DNA of 64,000 bases from Pelagomonas calceolata (taxonomy: Eukaryota). The stretch's first letter is position 1. Every line of letters starts with the position of its first letter. The DNA lies in NCBI GenBank assembly GCA_918797485.1, contig CAKKNE010000002.1, positions 5,952,001 to 6,016,000 on the forward strand, written 5' to 3'. Of the stretch, positions 10,746-21,560 are shown in pieces. The notes below the pieces were generated by a model, which had not been told where the DNA came from, made no database searches, and was given only the letters and a program-made list of their open reading frames with translations. The position numbers were made by a program, and so were the translations under genes.

Positions 10746-11258
10746 AGCGAGGACGTCACACTACACGCGAGCGCTCCTGACCCCAACCCCCCCGGAGGGG
10801 CGTCGCGTAAAAACAAAATAACAAATCCTACCGCTCGAGCTTTTCGAGGAGAGAACGCGACTCCTCCGCTCCGAGCATAGTGGCTGCAAGTTCCTCGGAG
10901 CCGCTAGTCATGCGCGTAATAAAACAAAAAGGCCCGACAAGCTGCCACACTAGACCTGTGTACGAGAGGTCACGAACGCAGACTATATCCTGTACGACCG
11001 CCCCCGATCGGTCCATAGCGAGCGTCAATCGGTGTCACTAGAGGTGCTGCGCGCGCCGACGCGTGCGGCGCGCTGGCGCTTTCAAAGGCACCGGGGGCGG
11101 ACCGGGCGGGCGCGCGGCGGATCCGCGGGGTCCGTGGAGGGCCTGGGACCTGGCTCTGGGACTCAGGTCGCGACACGCTTCCCCGCCGCCGCCGCCGCCC
11201 GCCAGCCGCCGCCCCCCGTCCGCATCCCCGCGACGCAGCGGAGCATGAAACTGGACTC

Positions 11259-11780
11259 TTACCGCTTCACCCATTGGAACGCTTTCCGAGCTTTCTTCCG
11301 GCCCGGCTTCTTGCGCTCGACCACCCTCGCGTCGCGCGTCAACAAGCCCGCCGCCTTCAGCGCCGGTCTATGATTCGGATCATACACCTGCAGCGCGCGC
11401 GCGACGCCCAACCGGATCGCGCCCGCCTGGCCGCTCAGGCCGCCGCCGGCGACGGTCGCCCGGACGTCGAAGGCGCAGGCCGTCTTCGTGGCGAGGAAGG
11501 GCTTGATGACCTCGTCGACGTGCGTGGCCCGCTTGAAGTACTCGACCATGTTTCTCCCGTTGACGCGCACGCGGCCGTCGCCCGGGAAGACCCACACTCT
11601 TGCCGACGAGGACTTGCGCCGGCCCGTCGCGTAGGCTCGTCCCAGTTCGTCGCGGACGGCCTCGCGCGCGAGCGGTTGCGGCGCAGCTGCTGGTGCTGCA
11701 CTGGAGAGCCGAGTGCGCGCGGCGACGGCGACGTCGCGCGGCCGCACTCGCAGTGCTGAGCGTCCGAGACGTGCAATCAT
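11259..11780 (-). CDS. rps9: Nucleus-encoded organellar (probably mitochondrial) ribosomal protein uS9
   Basis: [42 protein letters not shown]-terminal QWVKR. Arg-rich N-terminal presequence from ATG 11780. Confidence 0.95.
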   Translation of the reverse strand: MIARLGRSALRVRPRDVAVAARTRLSSAAPAAAPQPLAREAVRDELGRAYATGRRKSSSARVWVFPGDGRVRVNGRNMVEYFKRATHVDEVIKPFLATKTACAFDVRATVAGGGLSGQAGAIRLGVARALQVYDPNHRPALKAAGLLTRDARVVERKKPGRKKARKAFQWVKR

Positions 11781-12236
11781 CGTCTCACAATTATTGCAAC
11801 GCAGGTGGTCTCGCGCCGCAGCGACGCACAGCGTCTCGAGGATCGCGCGAGAAAAGAGGACCTGCTCCGTTTGGGACCTCTCACTTTGCGCCAGGCTCAC
11901 GTGATCCCTGCCCCTATTTTACGGGTTTTTTACTCTCGCAAAATGGATGGTTGAGAACGGTCACTGATCTCACCACGTACCTCACAACTATCAGCTCGTT
12001 TAAAAATTGTGTGGGCTTTGGAGGCCTTAGACTCGAGGCATACGAGCTTGTACTCGGCTGCAAGGACGCGCCGCGGACGACGCAGCATTCGTGCCGCTGA
12101 TTGCGCTACGACAGCACAACACCTTTTGGTGTCCACGACTCGCACGTTTTCTGGCGCGCACGCGGCACTGAAAGGCAGCTAGACAACCGTGCTCTCCGAA
12201 CGCAGGGAGAGCACCGCGTGGTCGCATAACTGAGCC

Positions 12237-13481
12237 ATGCGAGCTGTACTGCTGTTCGTCGTCAGTGGCGCAGCCCTGCACTCAAATCACCAGAGCGCAC
12301 CACTGCTGCCGCAACCGGACCGCCGCCTCTTCATCCGAGCGCTAGCGTCGACCGCGGCGTCGGTGCCGGCAGTCGCGAGCGCCGAGCGCACGGGCCTCCT
12401 GGACGTCGACGCGACGGGCCTCTCGTTGGGGCGGGCCTTCGAGCTCTCGCTGCCGAAGCCGGAGCTGCCAAGGGCGAACCGGGCGCCGCTCGACCAGAAA
12501 TTCGCCGTGTGCATGATGCGGAGTAGTTACAACACCGTCGACGAGCTCGACTTCTGCGCCATGGACGCGTTCCAGAAGCGGTTCTTCCTCATTCGCCAGG
12601 ACGAGTGGCAGCCGTACCTCGCGCGGGCCCGCGCGGCGCTGGGCCGGCCGCCCGAGCAGGGCGACCTCACGGACCCGCTCTACTTCGACTTCATCTCGTT
12701 CGCCCAGTACGAGACGATCAACGACTTCCTGAAGAGGCCCCGGAAGCTGTTCGAGGAGCTCGTGAGCGCCGAGGGCGAGACGCGCGTCGTCGCGCGGAAC
12801 GCGTCGTCCGTCGCGGATGATCGACTCCTCGCCGCGGAGCACGGGCGGCGAGTGGGCGACAAGGTGCTCGATTTCGTCCTCGAGCGGTTCGCGTCGACGT
12901 CGTACACGCAAGTCCAGGTCTCGCCCCGTGTGGAAATCAGCCAGTGAGTTAGGTTGACGTCGACGGCGCGGGACGCCCGAAATTTGATTTCCACACAGGT
13001 CTCGCCGGAGCTCTCGCCCGTCGCCGTCGAGGCGAACGCCCAGAAATTAGTCACGCTGCTCGCGGTGCTCGGCTTTAGCATCGACAGCGTTGCGGAGCGG
13101 CGCGGGAACAAGTTGCTGGTCACCTTTATTGGGGCGGCGAACTGCTGGGGCCTGCGGAGCCTGAGCCAGGGCAACCCGCTGGCGCGGCCGCCGCTCGTGA
13201 ACGACTTCGGCGCCAAGGTCGTCGGATGTGTGAAAATCAAAATTTTACGGCACGTTCGGCGTGGCGGTTCCTCACCGCTCGACGGGGCCAGCACGGCAGC
13301 GCCATCGCCGAGAAATGACTTCGTGAAGAATTATCGGGTGCACCCTACGCACTGGTCGATTTCCACACAGGTCGTCGGCGCGTGGCTCGCGCGGTGCGGC
13401 TACGCCGGGAGCCGCGAACCCGCGGCGACTACGTTCGACGCGGCGAGGTGCGCGTACACGCACGAGTTCCGGCTCGCGTGA
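12237..13481 (+). CDS. Probable plastid/thylakoid protein of unknown function; introns 12918-12998 and 13218-13370; ~336 aa
   Basis: Signal peptide plus RR-hydrophobic-ASA (Tat-like) leader; block QGDLTDPLYFDFISFAQY. Removing the two introners joins ORFs 12237 and 12954 in frame. Confidence 0.75.
12918..12998 (+). mobile_element. Introner intron 2 (81 bp, GT-AG, short derivative)
   Basis: TSD gtctcgcc at 12918-12925 and 12999-13006. TIRs ccgtgtggaaatca ... tgatttccacacag. Contains in-frame stops. Confidence 0.95.
13218..13370 (+). mobile_element. Introner intron 3 (153 bp, GT-AG, element reversed)
   Basis: TSD gtcgtcgg at 13218-13225 and 13371-13378. Ends atgtgtgaaaatcaa ... tcgatttccacacag. 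Confidence 0.95.
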
Positions 13482-13493
13482 GTAATTATCAAT

Positions 13494-14039
13494 TTGTGTG
13501 TCGTAAATATTATAGAATCGTTAGTTGAGCGGACGCGCGGGTGCGGGGAGCCGGTCCACGAGGAACGGCGGGAGCTTCGCGAGGCCGGCCTCTGCATCGT
13601 GAACCTCGCAGCCGCGCTCCCCCAAGTCACCTTCCTCGTGCCGCACACCATTAAAAATAGGGCCGGATTTCCAGGCTGCAGAAACAACGGGAAAGTCATC
13701 CAGGACGTCGGTCTTATGCCTTCGTGCTCCGTCCAGCTTGACATCTCGTGGGGCACGCACGTCTCCCACCACACCAACACGAAGACCATTATCGCAGCGG
13801 CGAATGGCCGCGTCCCCGTCGTCGAGATGCCCACGAACACGCTAGCGGCGGGCTTCCTCTTCGGGGAAGTCGTTCCGCAGAGCGCCTCGGTCCAGCAGTG
13901 GGCCTCGGCGGTGACCAGGGCGCTCGAGCGATCGGACGATGACCGCTCCGCGATGCAAGCCTACGCGCGCACAATGTATTCCTGGGCCAACGTCCTACAC
14001 GCAGACCTCGTCGACTATCTATACACTCTTTCCTCATAA
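13494..14039 (+). pseudogene. Probable 5'-truncated glycosyltransferase (GT-B-like C-terminal) fragment
   Basis: No ATG at the start; begins 13 bp after the previous stop. IAAANGRVPVV and MQAYARTMYSWANV resemble the end of GT4-type domains. Confidence 0.45.
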
Positions 14040-14272
14040 AACGTCACGGACGGTCACGGAGAGACGTGGCATGCTGCGAAGCCCGTATCCCCATTTTCCG
14101 ATGGGAGTCATGTATTCAGGGGAAACACCGATTCTACTACGGAAGTGGTCAACCGTTTAGCAGAGCCTGAACAGCGCGCTATGTTTAATTTCCAACCAAG
14201 GAGTACAAATATTATTCTTCACCGTGCATGTGCGTCGAGGTTTACTCCTCGGCAGAGACAGCAGCGGTTTTG

Positions 14273-14342
14273 GGGCGCGGCTTCCAGGGCTCCCGCGTGC
14301 GTGAGGAAATCCCGCGTGGGCTAGCGGCCTGTAAGACACTAG
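14273..14342 (+). repeat. Partial intergenic element with terminal motif (14320-14342)
   Basis: gggcgcggcttccagggctcccgcg...ggaaatcccgcgtgggctagcggcctgtaagacactag matches 3016-3078. Confidence 0.9.
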
Positions 14343-14451
14343 GCATCCCTAGGGCCTAGCAAAAGCAAGCAAGCGCCGCGCGCGAGCTAGACAACAGTGC
14401 TATGCAAATCGTCTAGGCTGTCGACGCGAGAACTCACGCCACACACGAGCG

Positions 14452-15858
14452 ATGCGCCGCCTCCTCCTCCTTTTGTGCACGGCCGTGGCCACGGCCTGGG
14501 CCCTACCCGGCACGCCCTCGCACCGCAGACCGCTCGCGCCGCGCGCCGCCGCCGCGCCGCGAGTGAAACGCGTCGCCCCCGCGCGCCAATCCCCGAAACT
14601 GCGCGCCGTCGCGGCCGGCGGCGGGCCCGCGTGGGCCGGCGGCGTGCCCGGCTCGGTGGTGGCGGTCATCGCCGCCGCCTTCCTGAACCTGCTGGGCTTC
14701 ACGATGACGGGCCCGATCACCCCCGACCTCGCGAAGCACTTCGGGTTGCCGGTCGGCGGCAGCGCGCGCGTCGGCATGCTCACGAGCGCCTACCCCTTCG
14801 GCATGCTCGCGGGGTTGGCGGTCTGGCCCCGCCTGTCCGACAAGCGGGGCATGCGCAAGCCGATCCTGGTCCTGAGCCTGGGCGGCGTCGGCCTCGGGCT
14901 GGCGGCGCAGTCCGCGGCCCTCGCGCGGAACGCGCCGCTCTGGACGTTTTTGTCCTTGCGGGCGCTGAGCGGCGCGTGCGGCGGCGCCTCGCCCGTGGCG
15001 AAGGCGTACCTGGCCGACGCGGCGACGGACGACCAGCTGCCCCGGTGGCTCGCGTGGCGCGAGGCCGCGTCGACCTTCGCTTTCATCGTGGGGCCCTTGT
15101 TCGGCGGGCTGCTCATCCACGGCACTTCTTCTTTGGCGTCGGTCGTGGGAGTGACGGCCGCCTTTTCCCTGCTCGCGGCGGGCATCGTGGGCGTCTTCGT
15201 CGAGGAGGTCGGCGCGGACAAGCCCGTCCCGGAACGGAAGACGCCCAAGCTCCTGAGCACGGACTACACGTCGTGTCCTCTCGGTTCTTCCCTGATCGGC
15301 GCGATCGCGACGATATGCGCCATGTCGGCGCTCGAGAACGCGGGCGCCGCGTGCTGGGACGCCTTCGGGGCGGTGCTCGCGCGGAACCGGTTCGGGCTGG
15401 ACGCGCGGGGCGTCGGCGTCATGTTGACGTCGCTGGCGTGCGTCTCCTTCGGCGTCTCGACGACGTTGTTCGATAGGGTGCGGCGGCGGATCGGTCTGGT
15501 GCGGACGGCGGTCCTGGGTCTGTGCCTCGTGGCGACGGGGCTGGGGAGCGTGGGGCTGGCCAGGAACTCGCTGACGTCCTTCGGGCTCGCGGCGGCGCTC
15601 TACCAGCTCGGCAAGCCGCTCTACGCGCCGACGGTGCCGACGTTGCTGCTCCAGTGCGTCCCGCCCGATAAAAGGGGATTGGCCATGGGCATCGACGCGG
15701 CCGTGAACACGGTCGCGCGCTGCGTCGCGCCGCTCGCGCTCGGCGCGTTGTTGCGCGCCAAGGGCGAGGCCGTCGCGTTCGGCGGCGCGTCGGGCCTGGT
15801 GCTCGGCGCCGTCGGGCTGGCGCTGCTCCGCGCGCGGAACGTCCAGGTAGCCAATTAA
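14452..15858 (+). CDS. Major facilitator superfamily transporter with N-terminal targeting peptide
   Basis: ~12 hydrophobic helices; motif A-like RLSDKRGMRKP; LRALSGACGG; AFIVGPLFGG; signal peptide ending ATAWA. Confidence 0.9.
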   Translation: MRRLLLLLCTAVATAWALPGTPSHRRPLAPRAAAAPRVKRVAPARQSPKLRAVAAGGGPAWAGGVPGSVVAVIAAAFLNLLGFTMTGPITPDLAKHFGLPVGGSARVGMLTSAYPFGMLAGLAVWPRLSDKRGMRKPILVLSLGGVGLGLAAQSAALARNAPLWTFLSLRALSGACGGASPVAKAYLADAATDDQLPRWLAWREAASTFAFIVGPLFGGLLIHGTSSLASVVGVTAAFSLLAAGIVGVFVEEVGADKPVPERKTPKLLSTDYTSCPLGSSLIGAIATICAMSALENAGAACWDAFGAVLARNRFGLDARGVGVMLTSLACVSFGVSTTLFDRVRRRIGLVRTAVLGLCLVATGLGSVGLARNSLTSFGLAAALYQLGKPLYAPTVPTLLLQCVPPDKRGLAMGIDAAVNTVARCVAPLALGALLRAKGEAVAFGGASGLVLGAVGLALLRARNVQVAN

Positions 15859-15885
15859 TACAGTATTTATTTATTTAGTTTTATT

Positions 15886-16836
15886 TTAGGCGGGTAGCAG
15901 CGGCGCGGCGCCGGCCGCCTTGATGCGGAAGGACTCGACGACGTCCCCCAGGACGCGGTCCTCGCCCGACGACCACAAATCGTCCAAACAACCGGCGACG
16001 ACGCCCATGACCTCGGACCCGCCCGGCAACAACGTGAGCCGCGCGCGCTGGAGCCGGCGGATCCCGGGCGTCATGACCTCGGAGCCGGCCTCGCCCACGC
16101 GCGCCGTCGTGCCCTGGATGTCCGTCGCGATGTCGAGCTGGAGCACGTCGCCCCGCACGCTCAGCGAGCCGGGCACGGCGGTGGACGCGCGCGCCTGGAT
16201 CTGCTGCTTGCGCGCGCTCGCCGTCGCCTCCCCGTCCCGTCGTTCGCAGACGAACTGCGCCAACGCGGCGTCCTTGCCTGCGCGCGAATCAACGTCGAGC
16301 GGGCGTCGCGTCGACGGCGTGCGGGTCACGATTCGGCCGCGGGCGGAGACGCGCAACGAAAGTGGATGCGCGCACCGGTCCCTGCCGAGGTCGTTCCACT
16401 GCTTGATCTTGCCCTCGGGGAAGTAGGGGAGGGCCTCGGCCTGCTCCAGCAGTTCCTTGACCTTGAACAGCTCCACCGTGACCACCTCCGCGGTCCGCAG
16501 GTTACCGGCCGAAAAGATGACGCCGCCCCTCCGCACGATGTCGCCGTCGATCGTTCTCCGAATGGCGAACCAGTCCTTCGGGAACGTCAAATCGAACAGA
16601 GGGTCCACGTACGTGCGCAGCTTGACGTCTTGGTTCTTCTGCGGGAGGTCCTTTTCGTCCACGCCCAGGGCCTGCGCCGTCGTCCGGACCGTCGCGACGT
16701 CCTTGAACTCCTCGGCGCGCGCCGGTGGGACCGGCGCGAGTAGTGCTGACGCTGCGGCGCCGCGCAGCAGCTCTTGGCGCGTGGGTTGCGGCTTGAGCCC
16801 GGTCGTCAGACCAAGGACGAGCGCAAGCAGCCGCAT
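15886..16836 (-). CDS. PsbP-like thylakoid lumen protein; intron 16278-16385; ~280 aa
   Basis: Signal peptide plus TRQELL...PARA leader; YVDPLFDLTFPKDW and terminal VVESFRI resemble the PsbP/Mog1 fold. Confidence 0.65.
   Translation of the reverse strand: MRLLALVLGLTTGLKPQPTRQELLRGAAASALLAPVPPARAEEFKDVATVRTTAQALGVDEKDLPQKNQDVKLRTYVDPLFDLTFPKDWFAIRRTIDGDIVRRGGVIFSAGNLRTAEVVTVELFKVKELLEQAEALPYFPEGKIKQWNDLGRDRCAHPLSLRVSARGRIVTRTPSTRRPLDVDSRAGKDAALAQFVCERRDGEATASARKQQIQARASTAVPGSLSVRGDVLQLDIATDIQGTTARVGEAGSEVMTPGIRRLQRARLTLLPGGSEVMGVVAGCLDDLWSSGEDRVLGDVVESFRIKAAGAAPLLPA
16278..16385 (-). mobile_element. Degenerate introner intron 4 (108 bp, GC-AG, in frame)
   Basis: TSD gtccttgc 16270-16277 vs gtccctgc 16378-16385 (7/8). 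ctgcgcgcgaatcaac TIR remnant; internal ggcgtcgcgtcgacggcgtg matches the family core. Confidence 0.8.
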
Positions 16837-16930
16837 TTATGCGTGGCTTTACGTTGCGCACGACTGGTGCTGGTTCTGTGGACTCTCGACAGTAATGCAA
16901 TGCCGGCTTGCGAGCTGGGATGCCAGATCC

Positions 16931-16953
16931 CTAGTGTCTTACAGGCCGCTAGC
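16931..16953 (-). promoter_or_regulatory. Intergenic 23-bp motif in a divergent promoter region
   Basis: ctagtgtcttacaggccgctagc is the exact reverse complement of the consensus; 95 bp before ATG 16836. Regulatory role is inferred. Confidence 0.7.
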
Positions 16954-17039
16954 AGCGCTTGCTAGCTAGGGAGAGAGTGCTGGGTCTGTGGTTAGCATCT
17001 GACACAGGCCAGCGCCTTCAGCGCGCCCGTGCGCCATCG

Positions 17040-17663
17040 ATGCGACGCCTCATGCGCCCCCTCCTCCTGCCCCTCATCGTGCATGCGCTAAAGAGCACGG
17101 ACATCAAGAGCGTCGCCCCGGTGCAGCGCGCGGCGGCGGGGCAGGTCGTGCTCGCGCCGCGCAACGAGTACAACCACTTCCTGCGGCAAGCCGCCGTTTT
17201 GGTCGTGGAACACACGGAGCGGGGGTCGCTCGGCGTGTCGCTGGACTCGCCGACGCTGCTGACGATCGGCGAGGCGGCGAAGGGCTTGCTGGAGGACAGC
17301 GAGCTCGCGGAGAACCGACTCTTCATGGGCGGCGAGTACGGCGGCGACAGCGCGACGATGATCCACGCGTGCGAAGACGTCGCGGGTGCGCGGCGGCTCG
17401 GCGGGTCGGATTTGTTCCTGGGGGGCCTCGCCGACGCGGCGAAGCGCGTCAACGCCGGCATCAACCGCCCGGAGGACTTCAAGTTCTTCTTCAACTTCTG
17501 CAAGTGGGCGCCGGGCGAGTTGGACGACGCCATCGCCGACGGGCGGTGGCGGGCGCTCACGGGCGTGCCGCGCGAGGTCGTCCTCGACCAGGACCCGTTC
17601 GCGGACCGGGGGAAGCTCTGGCGGACGCTCGGGCGGGCGGCGAAAAGGAATCATCGTGTGTAA
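17040..17663 (+). CDS. DUF179 (AlgH/YqgE-like) protein
   Basis: FLRQAAVLVVEHTERGSLGVSLDSP, LFMGG, FKFFFNFCKWAPGELDDAIADGRW, LWRTL. Confidence 0.85.
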   Translation: MRRLMRPLLLPLIVHALKSTDIKSVAPVQRAAAGQVVLAPRNEYNHFLRQAAVLVVEHTERGSLGVSLDSPTLLTIGEAAKGLLEDSELAENRLFMGGEYGGDSATMIHACEDVAGARRLGGSDLFLGGLADAAKRVNAGINRPEDFKFFFNFCKWAPGELDDAIADGRWRALTGVPREVVLDQDPFADRGKLWRTLGRAAKRNHRV

Positions 17664-18129
17664 ATTTTGTTTGCTTGTACTAATGCGCTCGACAATTGCT
17701 TCTTGGCTCAACATCCTCCAAAATCACGCCAGGCAAAAGCAGGCTGAGCTCGCCCAGACGCCGCCGCAGCGACGGCGCACCTCGAACGTCGCTCACGCGA
17801 GGTCGTGGCGAGCATCAATCAGCGTTCGCCCGCTCGACGCGCCACAGATCGCTCGCATGAGTTTCATCGACCGCGCCAGCGACGGCGCACGCGAGAGAGA
17901 GAAGGAGACGTGCAGGGGCCATAATTTTTAGTGCGCGGCGCTTCCCCGCGCGACTTGTGTAGAGAGTACTTAAGCGTACTAGACTTATTTTTCACCGGCG
18001 AGCTGATCGCCGATAGCCGGGAAATTAATTTAGACCACTTTCGTTTTTCTCGCCCAGAGCCGTGAGCCGTCCTGAGGCCTCCCTGGACACCTCCCGGGCA
18101 CGGACACCGCGCGGGGAGGGGGGCAGTTT

Positions 18130-18522
18130 TTGGCGCTTGGTACCGCGGTGTTCGAGCTGGGCCCGGAGAGCTCCGTGGCGCTCGACAAGACGTACCTCGA
18201 CGAACGCGTACGAGTCATCCGCGGAGGCGTCTCCAACATTCCATTCGTGATGACTCGGGTCGCCGCGGCCGACGCGACGGCCGCGGACGAGTGGCGGCGC
18301 ATCGCCGCGTGCGAGCGCGTCATTAAACCGAAGGGCTTGCTCGCGCTCGCCGTCGGCGCCGCGGCGCTCGTCGGCGGCGCGTGCCGGAGGCCCGTCGTCG
18401 GGCTGCCGCTGCTCGTCCTGGGCCTGGCCGTCGCCGCGTCCTCGGGTGGCATCGTGGTGGACGACGAGGGCAGGTCGGTCGGCGACGAGAAGCTGCTGGC
18501 CGACGCGGCGTGGAATCGATGA
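18130..18522 (+). pseudogene. 5'-truncated PAP/fibrillin-like fragment with C-terminal TM hairpin
   Basis: LDKTYLDERVRVIRGG resembles fibrillin TYLDxxLRIxRG. No ATG and no upstream exon recognised. Confidence 0.55.
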
Positions 18523-18582
18523 GGTTTCACAGTTAAATATATAGACTTCTAGCGGACCGCGGGTGGCGTGCGCGACACCACG

Positions 18583-19607
18583 CTATCGCCGCGACGTGGC
18601 GCTGCTCGAAGGGTGGCCGTCCCAGCGCGTCCCCGGCGGCGCTGGCGTGGGCGGCGCGCCCGCCAAGCCTGCGACGTGTAGCGCCAGGGCGCTCCAGTCC
18701 AAATGCGAAATATTCGGGTCCATCGCCGCGATTTCGAAACTGGCCGCCAGATGCGCCCCCAGCGGCATCGCCGTGCGAGTCGCGGCGGCGGCGTCGCGGA
18801 TCAGGCGCGCGTCCTTGAGGCCGTTTGCCATGCTGAACCCTCCTTCCGAATGGTCTCGGCGGGCGATCCTATCACCGTACCCTCGGTAGATGGCGCAGTC
18901 GAAGATCGTCGAAGTCAGCATGCGCAGCACCTGCTGCCGGTCGAGGCCGTGGCCTGTGCGCGAATCGACGTTCACGGCGCTTCCTCCACGCCATCGGCGC
19001 AAATTGCACTCACGGGTTGATTTCCACGCCGAACTTGGCCCTCCGCGAGGTCCAGACCCTCGGCCAGCGCCTCGATCGCCCCCGCGATCATGAAGTTTCC
19101 CGTCAGCTTCGCGGCCGCGGCGGCGCCAGCGGAATCCCCAAAGTCGAAGCAGCGCTCTGCGGGGGCCGCGTGGGACAGCGCCTCGTCGATCGCGCGTTGA
19201 CGCAGCGCGGCGTCGCCGCCCGAGAGGGCGAAGGAGGCCTGGCCCGCGCGCATGTTCTCCGGCCGGGCGAAGACCGGGGCGGCCACGAAGCCGACGCCTG
19301 CTTCCTGATGTTTCCTCTCGAGGTCTGTCGCGCAGACGGGCGACAGCGTCGAGACCGAGACATGCAAAAGCCCGGGCTTGGCCGCGGACAGGAGCTCGTC
19401 GGCGACCGCGGTCGCGGCGGCGTCGTCCGGGACGCAGCTCACCACAGTCGTCGACCGCGCGACGACGTCGGCGACGGACGCCACAGTCACGGCGTTTTCG
19501 AGCGTCTTCGCAGCATGTCGATCAAAGACAACCAACGATGCCTTCGAGAGCTGCTCGCCCAGCGCGCGCCCCAGGTTGCCGAGGCCTACGAGGCCCAGCT
19601 TTGCCAT
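18583..19607 (-). CDS. Beta-hydroxyacid dehydrogenase (3-hydroxyisobutyrate/6PGD NAD-binding family); intron 18954-19039; ~312 aa
   Basis: GLVGLGNLG Rossmann motif, VAAPVFARP, AKLTGNFM, GLKDARL. The 86-bp intron restores the frame (LAEG|HGLDR). Confidence 0.92.
18954..19039 (-). mobile_element. Degenerate introner intron 5 (86 bp, GC-AG)
   Basis: TIR remnants ctgtgcgcgaatcga / gttgatttccacgccg; TSD decayed (gccgtggc vs aacttggc). Length mod 3 matches the ORF frameshift. Confidence 0.8.
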
Positions 19608-19693
19608 TTGTTCTGCTTGCTGGAGTTCAGTTATGGATGGATTGCAGTCGTGCGCCAGGCTACAGCATAGATAGTAACACAGGCTCCTTGCTT

Positions 19694-19816
19694 GCTTGCT
19701 AGTGTCTTACAGGCCGCTAGCGCGCGGGATTTCCTAAACGCGGGAGCCCTGGAAGCCGCGCCCCGGGGACGGGATCTCCTCGAACTGGCTCATTGCCGAA
19801 CTGACTCATCACCTGC
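19694..19816 (-). repeat. ~125-bp intergenic element with terminal motif (19699-19721) and (CAAG)n tail
   Basis: Near reverse complement of 2961-3083; motif lies 92 bp before ATG 19607. Confidence 0.92.
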
Positions 19817-20179
19817 CCGACCGACCAAAACTTCCAATTGGGAAGTCGGCCGCGGGACCCCCGTCCTTTTGGGCACTTGCTTCGCATGGGAGCGGGCGGG
19901 ACGCGCGGCGAAGTTGCCGCATGTAAGAGACATCGCCAAGCCTTGTCCTCGTCCTCTCGTTACCGCTTAAGTACTCTCTCTCTCTCTCTCTCGTTACTCG
20001 CGCCGTCCCCCTTATGGCCGCGTCTTATACTATATGAGTGGGGCGACGCAGTGGCCCAACCTCCGTTTGTCTCCCCCCCAAGGTCCCTGCCCACTATTTC
20101 TAGCACCGTTAGAAAGGTTTCTAAAAAATTCTAGACACGATCTCATTACACGACGGGGGATGAGGGGAGGGGGGAGGGC

Positions 20180-21560
20180 TCACGCGTGCAACGCGAGCAC
20201 CTGTGAAGCGGCGACGCCCTGGAGCGGCGTGCCGTCGGCGAGCTTCACGTCGCACGTGCCCGCGTCGCCGTCGACCGCGACGACCTCGCCCGGCCGGAGC
20301 GCGCCCTCATGCGCCACGTCGACGGGCACACCCGGCGCGAGCGGCGCCTGCGTCTGGTTCGGCTTGCGCAGGCGGCGCCGCGCAACGTTTGAAGCCGTCA
20401 CGACGTCGCCCGCGACGTCGTAGGTCGGCCCCGGCGCGCGCACGCGCGTCACCGCGACGCCGATCCAGGCGAGGCCGCTCCGCGCGCAGAGGCAGAGCTC
20501 GACCTCCTCGCCCACGTTCAGGTCGCCGAGCGGCGCCGGGGGCGCCTCGTCCTCGAGCACCGCGGCGCCGGCCTCCGCGCACGCCTTGGCCGTGGCCGCG
20601 GCGGCGATCGCGGCCGCCGCGGCCGCGTCGCCGTTCGCCGCGGCGAGCGCCTGCTCGACGATGCCCAGCAACCGCTTCGGCTTGGCCGGCTTGGCCTCGA
20701 AGAGGTCCATGCCGATGCCTGTGTGGAAATCAACCAGTGCGTCGGGTGCGTTTCTCGGCGACGACGCGGCCGTCCTGGCTCGGTCGAGCGGTGAGGAATT
20801 CACACCGCCACGCCGTCGAGCAGGCGTCGCGTCGATGGCGTGGAGGACGACGCGATGATTCAGCACGAACGCGCCGTAAATTTTGATTTCCACACGGGCC
20901 AATGCCCAGGCCCAGCTCCCGCTCGTCCGGTTGGGCGTGGCTCGTCAGCGCGCAGATGAACTGCTTCTGCTCCCGCTCGACGCGCGCCTCCCACCGCCGG
21001 ATGGCCTGGGCGCACCGGTACCCGTTCATGACCGGCATCTCGATGTCCAGGAAGACGAAGTCGTACAGCCGCGTCTGCATCTGCGCGAAGGCCTGCCAGC
21101 CGTTCTGGGCCACGTCCACCACGTACCCCTTCCGCTCGAAGGTCCGCTGCAGGTAGCGGCGCACGGTGTACGAGTCGTCCGCGACCAGCATGCGGCCCGC
21201 GCGGCCCGCCGGCAGTTGTTGTAGTGTCTCGCCCGACGCCGCCGCGAGCGTGCGCATGCGCACGACCGGCGCCAGGGGCGATGTCAATGATAGGCCGTCG
21301 GCCGTCGCGCCGGACGTGTCGTCGCCGCTCGACGCGCCGCCCCGGCTCGCGTCGTCGCTGCCCCCCGAGGAGGAGTTTTCTTCGGTCTTGTGGCGCTTCG
21401 GGGGGTTCTCCGGCGCCGGCTCGTCGGTGGGGCGCTTCTTGTCGGCGTCCCGCGTCTCCGCGTCCGGGGGCGGCCGGCCGTGCGCCGGCGCGAGCGCCGC
21501 GAGGCGGTCGTAGACGGCCGCGAGGGTCTCGCCCGTGGTGAGGGGGGCGGGCTGGGCCAT
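20180..21560 (-). CDS. Response-regulator receiver protein with C-terminal Tudor-like segments; intron 20719-20905; ~397 aa
   Basis: LVADDS, FVFLDIEMPVMNGY (phospho-Asp), ALTSH and, after splicing, GMDLFEAKP. Confidence 0.9.
20719..20905 (-). mobile_element. Introner intron 6 (187 bp, GC-AG)
   Basis: TSD gccgatgc 20711-20718 vs gccaatgc 20898-20905. TIRs ctgtgtggaaatcaa ... ttgatttccacacgg. Confidence 0.95.

Noticed and set aside
14320..14342. Firm Helitron call for the CTAG-ended element
   Set aside because: The terminal CTAG is not followed by T and no 5' TC end could be defined; kept only as a hypothesis.
19974..19992. (CT)n microsatellite and short coding tandem repeats (3856-3927, 45200-45300, 63410-63490)
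   Set aside because: Ordinary slippage repeats.
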